From: Trypanosoma brucei
Taxonomy: Eukaryota
Assembly (NCBI GenBank): GCA_000002445.1
Contig: CM000208.1
Location: 2,592,001 to 2,656,000 of the forward strand
Direction: 5' to 3'
DNA: 64,000 nucleotides
Below the pieces are notes generated by a model, which saw only the letters and a list, made by a program, of their open reading frames with translations, did no database searches and was not told where the DNA came from. A program made the translations under genes and the position numbers. Positions 1 to 12,102 of the stretch are shown one piece after another; the first letter of the stretch is position 1, and the number at the start of each line of letters is the position of its first letter.

Positions 1-2170
1 ACTCCCCCATCTTCTTAGATATCACCTCGGATGGAGTTGGGGGCCCCCCCTCAGACATCGATGTCGTGTCACAGTCGCTGCCGTCGGCATACAAGGTCTC
101 CTTCCTGCCATTCACTTGATAATGGTTGCAGTAGGTCGACCACTGTGTGCCCTTCACGTAGAATGACACGAAAGCAACCGCGAAGAACTCCTGCCTGACG
201 GCGGAAGACTCCGTTGCAACCGAGCGTTGATCCCTCCCAACATCGGCGGCTATTATTAATATTCCGCCGGATGGGTCAGCCTTCGCTAGCTTCGGACAAA
301 CTTGGTTCACATCTAGGGTCCAATTGAGGCGACCGGTTTTTGCGCATATTTGTTGCGCAACGGCCATGACAATCGACAACTCACGACCTCCCGTTAGGTC
401 CTTAGCCACGACTTGGCTAAGGGCACCGCCGCCCGACCATGATGCCTTCCACTCTGCATACGGCTCCCTCTCGGGTCGCCGCAGGAACGTCACACCAAAA
501 ATGTTCTTCCCCAAGCGGCCCTTCGCCTCTTTCAAGCTTCGAACGGGGATGGAATCCCCGAAATTTAGTGGGGCGCTCATGCCATCAAGGTACTTCTTTA
601 TATTACCGACGACAACAGTTCCCTGCTTGTTGTTTGTTTCGTCATACAATACGACGTCGACTGTCTGTCGCGCACCGGGGTGCCTAAGGTCTTTGAGCTC
701 CTTCACGAAACCCTGTTGTGAGCTCTCGCTTTGAGGGTTCACTCGTCGAAAACCGTCACCCTTTGGTATCAATATTTCCGGGGACTTCAGCACCTGACCA
801 TCCACGGAAACGAAATCCTTTCCAAAGGATATTCCGTACGCCTCCAAGAACTTCACGACCCTCCCCCCTTCGTGTTGGATTAGACGTTCAATGACACGCC
901 TGAGGCGTTGAACACGATCATCAGGAAATATGGAGCACAGCTGCGGAAGTTGCCTTCGGTCTTGCTCATTCAAGGACATCTCGTGCAGCACCTGAGGTGG
1001 GACAAGCACCACCCGCCGCCCGTCGTTCGTCCGGCACTTAAAAAGTGCTTGCTGTGGCTCAATATGAATCCCGTACCGGTCGCGGAAATACTCCACATAT
1101 GTCTGTGACGGGTTTTGTTTGAGGCCCGCTGCATCGCAGGCCTTATTGTCCGTAATATCAAGGACGGTATACATAGTAGCACGGGATTTGTCCACCACAC
1201 TGTATACCTTTTTCTTAATGAAACGCTCGGCGAGCGCTCGTCGGATACTACCGCGTGCTCGCCTCCTTTCATCCTCCATCGCCGTCAAACAGTCCATGGC
1301 CGACGCCACGGGAAGGGAGACGTCCAGCTGCAGGACATCGTTTTCTTTGCCACGGATTACTGTCGAAAACGCCTTCACAGAAACTGCCTCAAATATAGAG
1401 ATGGTTCCTGTGGCATTTTTTTTTCCGTTTTTCAGGTCTACAAACTTTGTACCGACCTTTTCCTCATAACATTCCTGAACGGCACTACCGATCACGCAGT
1501 TCAACTCCATTGTCCTCTCTTTGGGGTTCAACGAACATGATGTCGCCTGCTTCAGCGTAAGCGTGTATGTGTATGTCACCGTTTTCCCCTTCCCTTTGCG
1601 CGCGTTCACGGTCAATTCGTAATTATATTCCTCCACGGGAAGTCTAGTGGGACATATTATCGATGACCCTGTGCAGACGCACATGTTGACGTCAAATGCG
1701 TCTTCGCTACCGCTTTCCTTTCTCATTTTCAACAACATATTCTTCGATGCGAGCACTTTAACCCTTTCCCTGAGGTCGGGTGCCCCATCTTTCATTTCAA
1801 TGGAAAGGGGGTAAATGAAGGCACATTTCCTCGGGTCGATGTACAGAGGGAGGAGGTTTGTCCATGCCTCCACTGGCCGGTCGTACATCCCGGCTTTCGC
1901 AAACGAAACCACCGCATCCCTCTCACGGGTCTGGCCAGTCCGATACGCCCCGTCACCAAAGCCTCCACCACGTCCACCACGGTATCCACCCTCGCCTCCA
2001 CCACGTCCACCACGGTATCCACCCTCGCCTCCACCACGTCCACCACGGTATCCACCCTCGCCTCCACCACGTCCACCACGGCGTCCACCCTCGCCTCCAC
2101 CACGTCCACCACGGCGTCCACCCTCGCCTCCACCACGTCCACCACGGTATCCACGTTCCCAGTCAGACAT
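1..2170 (-). CDS. AGO1: Argonaute (AGO1-like). This is the N-terminal ~723 codons. ATG at 2170..2168 and the frame stays open to the left window edge, so the C-terminus lies outside the window.
   Basis: Hand translation of the minus strand from 2170 gives MSDWERGYRGGRGGGEGGRRGGRGGG..., an RGG/RG-rich N-terminus. Further in there are PIWI-like motifs: AKTGRLNWTL, like the KLGG(I/V)N box, and GGILIIAADVGRD, like the GADV catalytic box. I met no stop codon down to position 1. It is absent from the ORF track because it has no in-window stop. Confidence 0.72.
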   Translation of the reverse strand, partial: MSDWERGYRGGRGGGEGGRRGGRGGGEGGRRGGRGGGEGGYRGGRGGGEGGYRGGRGGGEGGYRGGRGGGFGDGAYRTGQTRERDAVVSFAKAGMYDRPVEAWTNLLPLYIDPRKCAFIYPLSIEMKDGAPDLRERVKVLASKNMLLKMRKESGSEDAFDVNMCVCTGSSIICPTRLPVEEYNYELTVNARKGKGKTVTYTYTLTLKQATSCSLNPKERTMELNCVIGSAVQECYEEKVGTKFVDLKNGKKNATGTISIFEAVSVKAFSTVIRGKENDVLQLDVSLPVASAMDCLTAMEDERRRARGSIRRALAERFIKKKVYSVVDKSRATMYTVLDITDNKACDAAGLKQNPSQTYVEYFRDRYGIHIEPQQALFKCRTNDGRRVVLVPPQVLHEMSLNEQDRRQLPQLCSIFPDDRVQRLRRVIERLIQHEGGRVVKFLEAYGISFGKDFVSVDGQVLKSPEILIPKGDGFRRVNPQSESSQQGFVKELKDLRHPGARQTVDVVLYDETNNKQGTVVVGNIKKYLDGMSAPLNFGDSIPVRSLKEAKGRLGKNIFGVTFLRRPEREPYAEWKASWSGGGALSQVVAKDLTGGRELSIVMAVAQQICAKTGRLNWTLDVNQVCPKLAKADPSGGILIIAADVGRDQRSVATESSAVRQEFFAVAFVSFYVKGTQWSTYCNHYQVNGRKETLYADGSDCDTTSMSEGGPPTPSEVISKKMGE
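1957..2155 (-). repeat. Tandem 33-nt coding repeat, about six copies, encoding the RGG box of the Argonaute N-terminus (G G E G G Y/R R G G R G).
   Basis: Unit ccaccacgtccaccacgg(t/c)(a/g)tccaccctcgcct reiterated. The only variation is tat/gcg, which gives Y or R. Confidence 0.8.
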
Positions 2171-5100
2171 TTTATTTAAATCCTTTTTATTAAGTTGCTT
2201 GTTTGCTTTTTTAGTTGATGACTGAAAGAGAACAAATAGTTTTTATCCTTTTCGCGTTCAACCTGATTACCCGTTCTGTGTTCAAACAAAAGAAAAGATC
2301 AGGTTGAAAGTTTTTTCTGGTAACTTTTTCCCAACAAATAATGAATACTGCTTTTTCATGCCGTTTTTTCCATAATTGATATCACATGTGAGTAACTCTT
2401 AACTGTATATGTCACTCGAACGTCGGGGTTGCTTACCCTATGAATGTGCGCGCTCTGTCGCCGAGTGCCATCATTTTGCTGCTACGAGTAAGTTTCCAGT
2501 CAGACAACATTACGAAAGTACTGCTCCTTCTCTTTGACTCTAACGTTGAGGCTTCTTCACAGACCCTCGTCTAAAATATCGTACACCTGAAACTACCGCA
2601 TGGGTGACCATATATAATACGAGTGTACAGTTGGCGCAAGAAAGAAATTACCACATAAACGTATCTTATTTCGTAAGACGTCGTTCTTCATAGTAATTAC
2701 TTACATGTCAGCCTTGCCATGCGTCAAAAACTGTGCATCCAACTTCTGTCGTCAACTTACCTTGTAATAAGGGTACCAATACATTGTATCCTTGTACAAT
2801 AAGGCCACTAAGTGCAGACCCAAGACTCGAATATGAATAATAAGGGATGAACAGAGCCTACCTGAGTATACTGAGGAACAGTAGCCTTCTAGAAAATACC
2901 TAGGTTACCGTAAAGGTATCAGCACGGCACTTCTATATTGTTCAGTCCAAATATATACCCCTATGACGTTATCACATCAAAGACACGCCCGACGGGGCGC
3001 TACACAGGGTCATCGTACTCATCTTTGAAGAGTGCTAATAACGTAAGTGTAAGGCAATAAACACGCACTTCACAATTATTGCGTGTTTAAACCACCAGTA
3101 TTCCCCGGTGTTTTCCCCGCCCTTCGTTGCCAGTGAATTGAAAGCAATTGTACTGCGTGCTGTTCCTATATTAGTATGTCATTATTGGGATAAGATCTTC
3201 ATAACGAAATCCAAACAATAAGCATTAGTACTCCCAAAACAGCATGCCGAACAAATTGTTAAGGAACAGAAAAGGTCGCATAAATAGTTTTCGAAAAATA
3301 ACAACAGCAATGATATGAAGCGACGTTATCAGTTACGGTGTAAATCTGTCAGTAACAGCTCAAGTGACCCCCGATTACTTGTGCGACGTATCCAACGCCA
3401 ATACTACGGTAACGTAATAGCTAAAATTATTGTGTTCACAACTTTTTCCACCTTTAGATGTTGTACTTGAATGCTTTCAACAATACCGAATAAAAGTATT
3501 TTGAACAACAGAAAAACAGTATAGATAACCATGTCATCGGAAGAGAAGCAGCGATAATCAGTAACAAAATGGACTTGCGACTCCTAACAGAACACTGCGG
3601 CTGGTTAACGGATCCAGTAGTTAAATCAATGCGGGGTACAACAAAGATTTCTTCTAACCACTAACACGATTGTAATGAAAAATAAACAAAAATGTTTCCA
3701 ACGAAAGATGTGAAAAGGAAAAATTCTCAATACCTAATAGGACCATTGAAACACAAGCTCACCATCAAATTCCACGGACTCATAATTCTTAGCATCATTA
3801 GAAGTGATCGATTACACCGTGGACAGCCTGGCAAACATGAAGGGAAAACTGTCCTCCATTCCTTTGTTCTGCCAACCCCCACCTGCCCACAAATACGAAT
3901 ACAACAAAAACCATTAACCGCACACCTCACCGGCGCAACCCGTATGATTCTCGTTGTGAAGAAAACCATCTTCCGCCAAAACAAAGTAACCGATCCCCCG
4001 TGACGGCCGCAAATTACGGGACCGTTTTATCAACTAATCAACCTACGCTTTCAAACAAAACACTCGTAAACAGCAATCACCAAAGCAGGCACTAATATAT
4101 ATATATATATATAGACAGCATGACAGGAGGTTATTAAAATGGCATCACAGTCTCACGAAGCCCTTTTAAGGGAGTGGACAAAAATATACGCATTGTGAGC
4201 CCCCTTTGCCACTAGTAATCCCACACTGCTAAAAAAGTGGAAAACAGTTCGTCACGAGTTGGAGGGAAAGGGGAATTGTCCTTCCCACATGCGTAGCCTA
4301 TACCGGCGACAAAACAATGGGGAGGAAGCAATGTCAAGTTTGTTTAAAACATCCACGGGGGACGTTGTAGCACCCACCCTAAAGGGAATACTGGTAACTA
4401 TGATTTAAAAAAACTCAAGAAGCACCAAGCAGTCACTGGTCACATGTAAATAGTAAGTTCCTAACCTTTTACACCGTATGTCCTCAGCAACCCAATGTCC
4501 CTTTAACAACAGTAAGGTAGAGAAAATCAATAACCAGACAGCTATTTATCATTTTACTTTTGAAAAAATGTGGAGATATGATAATAAGTTCACCAAATGA
4601 TTTAACTATAATTGATATTCCAGATTATTTTTAAATTTGACTCCCAAAGACTCGACTACATGGAGACACATATGTGCAAACGGGCAAATTCCGGGAGATG
4701 CAAACTTCTGTATAAATTTTTGTGATGATTGCTGTAACAATGCTGATGTTCGATGCTTGTGCTATCTCCCTTCGTTCATTTCCAGAGCACAGATCGCAGA
4801 CGGAATGTTCCCTTTATAAACGATACGTTGGCACTACAAGGTACCACAATGGAACATCAACAGGATACTGGTAAAAAACGCAAACGAAAAACGAAAAGTC
4901 ACGGTGGTACGCCCTCCCGTACAAGGCAAACTGGTAGGGGCCTTGAGCAGCCGTTTATACCGTGTATTTGAACCCACAAGCGTACATTGCTAAAATATTA
5001 ACAAGATTAAGCGTCAATGCGGTGAAATCCAGAACCCCTCACAAAGTTGAACCCAGCACTGTCGTAAAGTCCATGCCCTTCAATAAGCATTCATATATTT

Positions 5101-8100
5101 CATGGGCCACAGGGGAGTTAGGACAACAGCAGTCGGCACACAGCAATCAAAGCACGGGCTGTGACAGTGAAGAGAGTGATATACCTGGTGGATCGCATAC
5201 CATCCATGCAAAACGTGGCCTAGGCACAGGAATACTAGACAAAATAAAGCAAAGTTATAAAACTTGCCGGAAGTAGCACAGTGATAATGACAGTACACTC
5301 TCGGGGAAAATATTCACACCAGACAATTTGAAAGCGAACTCCAAGCAACAATGTTCTCATTACATAGATATCAGGCTGCGGGGGTGACATACCGGCAACG
5401 CAATTTTAAAAAAATAGAACAGATGAAAAATATTTAACAAACGACAAAAAACATACAGAAAACAAGTTTCCTATTTTGAGAATTAATATATTTCCCGTTC
5501 AAAACACGCAAAGCCAATTCCGAAAATGGAGCGGCAAAAAAAAAAAATGGAAAATACCTCTCAGGTATCCGGAGCCAAACCACGGCATGTACTCAGTATG
5601 TAAGATGCGTAAATAGCTTTACACGATCGAAATTTGGCAATGCTGTTGTTTTGACTCTATGTAGAAGCGGTCATGTCACAGCAACGGTCAAAAATACTCC
5701 GCGAAACCGATGACCACCAGAACCTCTAAGTGGATTCTGGAAAACAAAAACAAAATCGCCGATTTAAAATAAAAGATGCCCTTTTCGAAATTTTGTTCTA
5801 AAGGCTGCCTGTATCGAGTGAACGGATTTTGTGGCGAGGCTCTTCCCCTTTAGCAGTTCCTTCATAAGCACTCGCGTAGCAAATATCTTAACAGTAGAAT
5901 AATAATGCGTTACCTTCAGAAAGCACAGAAATACTTCATTACCGGGCTCAGAAGGAGATTGCAATTCCACTGAAACCCTTTAGCGGATCCGTAACAAAGA
6001 ATTCGGCGTCTTCCCCTACAACCCCAAAAACGATAACGCAGCACGCCACTATAGTTGCACACCCCCAAAAGGAAGGAAATGACTCTTTCTCCCAAATGAA
6101 TAGGGGAACATGGCTTTACCGGTAATATGCTTCCGAAAATACGGCAAACCAGCATAGACATTTGCTGACACAACACCTCACACAAGGGTAGTCATATGCT
6201 GCGCACCAAAGTGTGCCCCTATGCCGCGACGTTTTAGAATCTTAATTCACTCCGTGCGCACTTCGGTAGCTCAATATTCCAGTGTTTACTCTAAAACAGA
6301 GCTAGCTTCTACAGCAAAGCCAGTCTCCCGTCAGACAGCAAGAAGCCAGAGCAATGCGTTGACGAGAAAACGATGCAAATTTCCTTACACCGACCGATAG
6401 TTTTTTTCGGTAGGATAAAAAAAACTGGTAATATTAAATGGTTCCAGCTTATATTAATGCAGCCCTTCCAAGGCCTTCTCCAACTAAAATATATACAGCC
6501 AATTCTCAAAAAATAGGAGAGGAAACGCAGTGACTCCGTTACTTAACTGCGTATCGAGACGGCTGCGTTGATGGTATCGACAAATGGGTTAACGAAAACC
6601 CCACCACGAGCAACGATCAGCACCGTTGTCACAAACGAAGAATAGCAAAACACATTCATATGAAGAAACCCACGTATCCCACCCGGAACATTTGTCGAGG
6701 GGCAGAGCAACGATAAAACCAACTGTTAGTGACGCCTTGTGTAAAGTGGTTTCGTCATTGTGTTGAAAACAATAAACAGTTGGAAGAAACCAGTATATGA
6801 GAGCGGTAACGCACTCACGACGTATCAGCTAAATAGGGAAATGACGATAAACGCAAGGTGATGGCGTTCTCTGCCGCCAACTAACCACAAACCGTTACGC
6901 TTAAGGGGGTGGGCGCACACATACACACACCTCAGCCAGTGAGGTAAACGGGAAATCACTACGTGACACAACGCCAATGAGAGAAAGGGGAATAAGCCCT
7001 GAGGTACAGCTCGCCACTCGCGGTGCACTCGAGGGCGCTGACTTAACACCACACAATCTTTGAAACCGCCTCCTCCTAGACTACAGGAAAGATACCGCGC
7101 ATACCGGTGGTACCAGCGCATAAATGTCCCCATATCACCAGCCACATAGTGACACGACTTTAAGGTTTGCTGAAAAATGCACCTAGCCAGCCTGACTGGG
7201 TGCTGTAATGAAAGTAACTAGGTAGCAATCTTTGCTGGAAATGAAATAGCACGCTCCTAGCAGACAGATGGAGAAAGCAAACAACATTATCCACAACATC
7301 GCAACCTTTCAACTTCCGCTCCGGCTCAGAAAAATGGTACCCTACATGCTTCGACATCAAAGGGCGAAACGACGTACGCCACGCGGCGCAGTCGGCAAGA
7401 GAATCTTTGGCGCTACCCCGCAGCCCCTCGCCACTCTGGAACCTTCGCAGCGCCGTGCTAAGTGGAAGTGCACTGGCAGGCCCCTTTCCCCCCTCTCGGG
7501 GATCAAGCACCAACAAGTGGAAGGAGGTCGGCAGCCCGCACTCCGCCCCCCACCCCTCTCCCTCGTGCAGGCACTTGGAACGCTTACTGAACTATGCCGT
7601 TGCCCTCCTGTTAAGAGTGGGGTGGTCTTTCAACCAATTCAACGTTCACCACCTTCCCACACCCCAGAGGGTATTAGGTGCGAAGATCAGCCGATACCAG
7701 CCGCGCCGCCAAGTGGCACACGTGTCAGCTATGTTTTCCGGACTGATTTCGTTCCTTTTGCGTTCGTTTTTGGTGTTTGACTCTTCGACTTGTAGAAAGG
7801 CCTCTTACGTAGCAGGATCCCTCCGCACACCCGGTGGTCGCGGAACACAGGCACAACGTCTCTGCCGCAGATCCCAAAGGCGATAATTTTCTGATTTATC
7901 ACTTTGTCAACGCGCCCTGTTTGTCTGCAAATGGACACGCACTCGTACCGACACTTTGAGCATCCCCCTAGTTCTCAGTACTATTTCCTCCGAGAAAGGA
8001 TAACTATGAATGCTTCTGCCGCGGTTAGTTTGTGGCTGGTCTCCACGTTGCTGGCCTTTGGCAAGGAGTGTTAGCCCCCTCTTGACCCAGCCACGAACCC

Positions 8101-9281
8101 ACAATGCACACCCTGCGCTAGGCTTGGTTATGCACCTACGCTTGCGTCGAAAGGACCCTTGTGTGCCACTGTGCGGGAGCTGTATGTTTCGTTGTTTGTG
8201 GCTTATCTACTCCTATGTTGTCTTTTGGCTGGGTCAATCCGCATTTGGATTGCATTGCTTTACCGTTAGTGACGGGGTCTTTCTTTGGCCGCATTTTCAT
8301 CCAAGAAAATCCGAATTTGACTGCATTTTCCTCCGCGAGACCCACTGAGCCATTTCTTTCAGTCAGAAAGAGTTTTTGACTACGGCGCTTCGTCAGCACG
8401 CGAAAGTTGACGCCACACCAGCCCTTTCCGCCCGTGGAACAAACAATGTGCGGACCCCACATCCCAGGGATGTTCCACCCGTTGTTCTTCGAATAATTGA
8501 GTGCCTCTGGACTCCGATTGTTCTGGCGCTACGGAGGGATCGGTCACCAAGTTGGCGCATGTCATTACTAAGTGGCGTATGGGATGGTGTTGCCTCGGCG
8601 TTCCCTCGTCGGCTCCACCGGCTGCTGAGTGGCAAGGCTGAACTACGGCCCGCCTGCTAACTTTGCGGGCCGATCTTATCAAGTATGCCCATTTCGAAGC
8701 GTTTCTCTTGCCGCCTTCGGGAATCGAGCAGAGTCATATGAAGGCGTCCGCACCTGCGCTGCGGGGTGGTTCCGTTCAGCATTTGTTTGTGGGGACACTT
8801 ATCCTCTTTTCCATTTCGGCCACCTCTTCCCCCGTAGAGAGGGACTGCTGGCGACGTCCTGCCCGACGTCCTGCCCGACGTCCTGCACCCCATCGTTTCA
8901 CTTCTAATAATAGTTACAAAAGTGTGTGTCTGTACGGCAGTGCATATTTCTCCAGTCCCCAATCGCTTCGGTTGCTTTTACTCTTCTGAAGCACGGTTCA
9001 GAGGCGGTTGCTCAGTGCACTTCCATGGAAATAGCGCGCACAGACAGGATATCAGTTGTTTGTCTGAGCTGACGCGGGCATGAAACAGTATCATGCGGTG
9101 CCTTTTGACGGTAGTGACCAAATGTGTCAAGGCCAGCCTCGGGGAATCGTTTTGCTGTTCCTGTTGTGGCTCCTACTTTCCGTGGGGAGGGTAAGCGGAA
9201 GCGAACGTGTCAGTTCAAGGAATTGGAGAAGGTGCACTGTTACGCGGACAAATTCACGTCCGGGAATACTCCAACTAACAA

Positions 9282-9381
<100 letters not shown>

Positions 9382-11415
9382 CTAACCCTTTTTCCCCCTG
9401 CCATGTGCCACACTGACAAAAGGGAGGGAGGGGAACTGTTAAACGGCAACCTTGACTAGGTTTAAGCCCCGAATTTCGCGTCGCCTATTCGCTACGCGCG
9501 ACTACTGTGTGTGTTAGAATTATCGTATTCTTTGTTCATTAATTACTTTTTTTTTTCTGCCTGTGTGTAGAGGATTTTTCGTGCGTTATGAGGGACGGTT
9601 CAGTGAAATGCACTTTCGATTGTTCTGTCGTCGCCGACATTTTTGTCTTCATCGGTGAGGTGTTTTTACCTAATTGGTTGCCCTACTGGTTCCTATATAA
9701 TGCGATGCCGCCCATGAAATATTGTGCTCTTTTCATATTTTTTTAACGTTAATCTTTTGCGACCTTTGCGAAGAACAAGAGCAACTTCTAATGGTAAACA
9801 GAACGATTCCACAACAAAGAAAAGGAAATACAAATAGGCGTAAAAGTTTGATTTCTGTAAGAGAACCAAAAAAAAACACAGAAAGAAAAGGGTGTAAAAA
9901 CAACTGATGTAAGAAAGAGAGAGAAATCTGCAGCAAGTACTGAGGGGGGTAATGGGGGAAAAAACGGAGACGACGCGCCGGCATTTCGAACCTCCTTTGA
10001 GTTTGCGGTTGCTTACGTGTGTGTGTGTGTGTCCCGTTTGCCTACACTCCCCGCCCCCGGGTGCGTAAATAAGGCGACCCCCCCCCCGTCCCTACATCAG
10101 CGAACTGCGCAGGAAGAACCCATGTATATACTTCTCCTCCTTACTGGTTGTGGATGAAAGGATCGTCACCTCTCAGGTTTGCATTGCGCAAGATCGTACC
10201 AGCTTGACGCCTTTCCGAGTGTGCATTGCATGTGCCAAATTACCCTTACGGTGCGGACCGTCGCGTTTGGGGCGAGATTCCTGTAGGCGTCTTGTGAAAA
10301 AGCTGGCCCCGTCCAAGTGTTCGACGGCGCGTCCCGTAATACGACAAATGTGAACAGAAGGGAAGGCTACCGGTAGTGGCCGGGTTCGTGAACCATTAGG
10401 AGTCGTTCCTGAAAATGGCGCGCCAGCGCAGCAACCCATTCACTAGAGGTTTGGATGAATGAAGAACTCTACCTGTACAGGGGTTGTGGATTTAGTGTGT
10501 GACAACATAACTCTCCAACGGCAGTTGACACATAAAACTCAGTTCCTCGTAAATGGCAGCTGCGCAAGGTGCTCCCCTTAATTCGCCGCTTGTGTGATGC
10601 GCTTTGCGGCATCAAACCAATAATGGGGGGAAATGTATTTTCCGTCCTGTATATGGACCCGTTTTTAAGTAAGGATGAACTTTTTAAGGTGCGAAACACC
10701 GGCGTAAATTTCCTCTCTATGACTCCAACATCCTCCAAGCTTCCTCGGATCACTTGGTGTGGGAGCATGGCCCCTAACCTCTTTGCAAAGCTCGGCCAAA
10801 ATGTATGGCCTTGCGTTGCTTCATCTCCGGATGATTCGTGTAAAAAGAAATCTGCGTGTCTTCTATAGGGTTGAAATCAGTTAATCTCCTTGATTCGTGT
10901 CCAGGCGTACGTGTGTGTGTGTGGATTAAAAGCGGCTGTTCATGCGTATGCTTTTTCTTTTTCAAATTAAGGAAGAAAGGGGAAGACATTTTTTAAAACC
11001 ACGCGGAGAAGCGGTGAAATACTAGAAAAAGGCTCCTCCGTTCCACAAAAGTTTGTTGCATATTTTAATGCAATCAGAAAACTGGTGTATCAGTGGTGTG
11101 GAAATCAACCATCAGCATTCCAAACCAAAGATCCGCATCCTTGCAAGTTGTGGTGCCGATTTTGACGCAGCATTCCATCGGACTGCCTTTTTTCTTTTCC
11201 TAACGCACCACTTACCAATTTCCAAAGGTAAAAAAACCACAAAAAATCAAATGGCTGCTAAAAGGGCTTTAACTCCGACTTGTTTGCTTTATCGTGGCAA
11301 AACACGAACAAGCAACACGGTGTCAGTCATCGGAAAGGTGTTGCCAGCGACGGCGCCACTCCGACAGAAACGAAGCAGTAGCGGCTCGTTAGGCAGAGAC
11401 GCTCTGGCGCTCGGT

Positions 11416-11488
11416 TCCTCCCTGGCGCAGTCGGCAGCGCGTTAGGCTGTTAACCTACAGGTCGTTGGTTCGAATCCAACGGGAGGAG
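11416..11488 (+). tRNA. tRNA-Asn (anticodon GTT)
   Basis: Cloverleaf folded by hand: acceptor tcctccc/gggagga, D arm gcgc-agtcggca-gcgc, anticodon arm ttagg-cTGTTaa-cctac, T arm gttgg-ttcgaat-ccaac. Followed by tcttttt. Confidence 0.85.
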
Positions 11489-11565
11489 TCTTTTTGCTGC
11501 CCACCTCCGAAAATTCTGGAGGTCACTTTCGCTATAAAGGAAGAACTGAAGCTGTTGCAAAAACA

Positions 11566-11637
11566 GTGGACGAGTAGGGGTTTGAACCCTAGGCCTCCTG
11601 TATGCAAAACAGGCGCTCTACCACTGAGCTACACGCC
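11566..11637 (-). tRNA. tRNA-Ala (anticodon TGC)
   Basis: Minus-strand sequence gggcgtgtagctcagtggtagagcgcctgttttgcatacaggaggcctagggttcaaacccctactcgtcca. It has the G3:U70 alanine identity pair, anticodon loop ttTGCat and T loop ttcaaac. A T-run follows on the minus strand. Confidence 0.85.
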
Positions 11638-11740
11638 CTTCAACACGGCTAAATCCGTAATATCACATGAGGTTGTTTAGCAACCGTTGTGTACCATCAC
11701 GTAAAGTGGTGTGCTGTGATTGGCGAGAGGGCGTGGCGGT

Positions 11741-11813
11741 GCTCCAGTGGCCTAATGGATATGGCTTTGGACTTCTAATCCAAAGGTTGCGGGTTCGAGT
11801 CCCGTCTGGAGTA
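11741..11813 (+). tRNA. tRNA-Arg (anticodon TCT)
   Basis: gctccag acceptor paired with ctggagt, D loop aatggata, anticodon arm ttgga-ctTCTaa-tccaa, T arm gcggg-ttcgagt-cccgt. Followed by cgttttc. Confidence 0.85.
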
Positions 11814-11862
11814 CGTTTTCGTGTCCAAAATTATTTCATATTTGTTCGTTTCTAGTTGTTTG

Positions 11863-11934
11863 CCGGAGAGCAGCCTTCCTAGCTCAGTGGTAGAGCGCAC
11901 GGCTTTTAACCGTGTGGTCGTGGGTTCGATCCCC
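11863..11934 (+). tRNA. tRNA-Lys (anticodon TTT)
   Basis: gccttcc/ggaaggc acceptor, gctc-agtggta-gagc D arm, cacgg-ctTTTaa-ccgtg anticodon arm, gtggg-ttcgatc-cccac T arm. Followed by cttttc. Confidence 0.88.
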
Positions 11935-12029
11935 ACGGAAGGCGCTTTTCTACACTGCCGCTTAAGCTAATTTCTTTGCTGGGTACGACATGTAAGCGTT
12001 AGAGGCTTGCTTGGAGGAGGGTTGGCGGT

Positions 12030-12102
12030 GCCCCCGTAGCCCAATGGATAAGGCGTTCGCTTCCTAAGCGAAAGATTGCGGGTTCGAGTCCCGCCGGAGG
12101 TA
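12030..12102 (+). tRNA. tRNA-Arg (anticodon CCT)
   Basis: Acceptor gcccccg/cggaggt with one mismatch, D loop aatggata, perfect 5-bp anticodon stem ttcgc/gcgaa with loop ttCCTaa, T arm gcggg-ttcgagt-cccgc. Followed by gttttcc. Confidence 0.75.

Noticed and set aside
324-2225. Plus-strand ORFs (136 aa, 141 aa, a PRP-rich 136 aa and others) and a 120-aa minus-strand ORF (MDTVVDVVEARVD...) overlapping the Argonaute region.
   Set aside because: They are alternative-frame or antisense readings of the AGO1 coding sequence and its 33-nt repeat. The proline-rich and DVVEARVD periodicity simply mirrors the RGG repeat.
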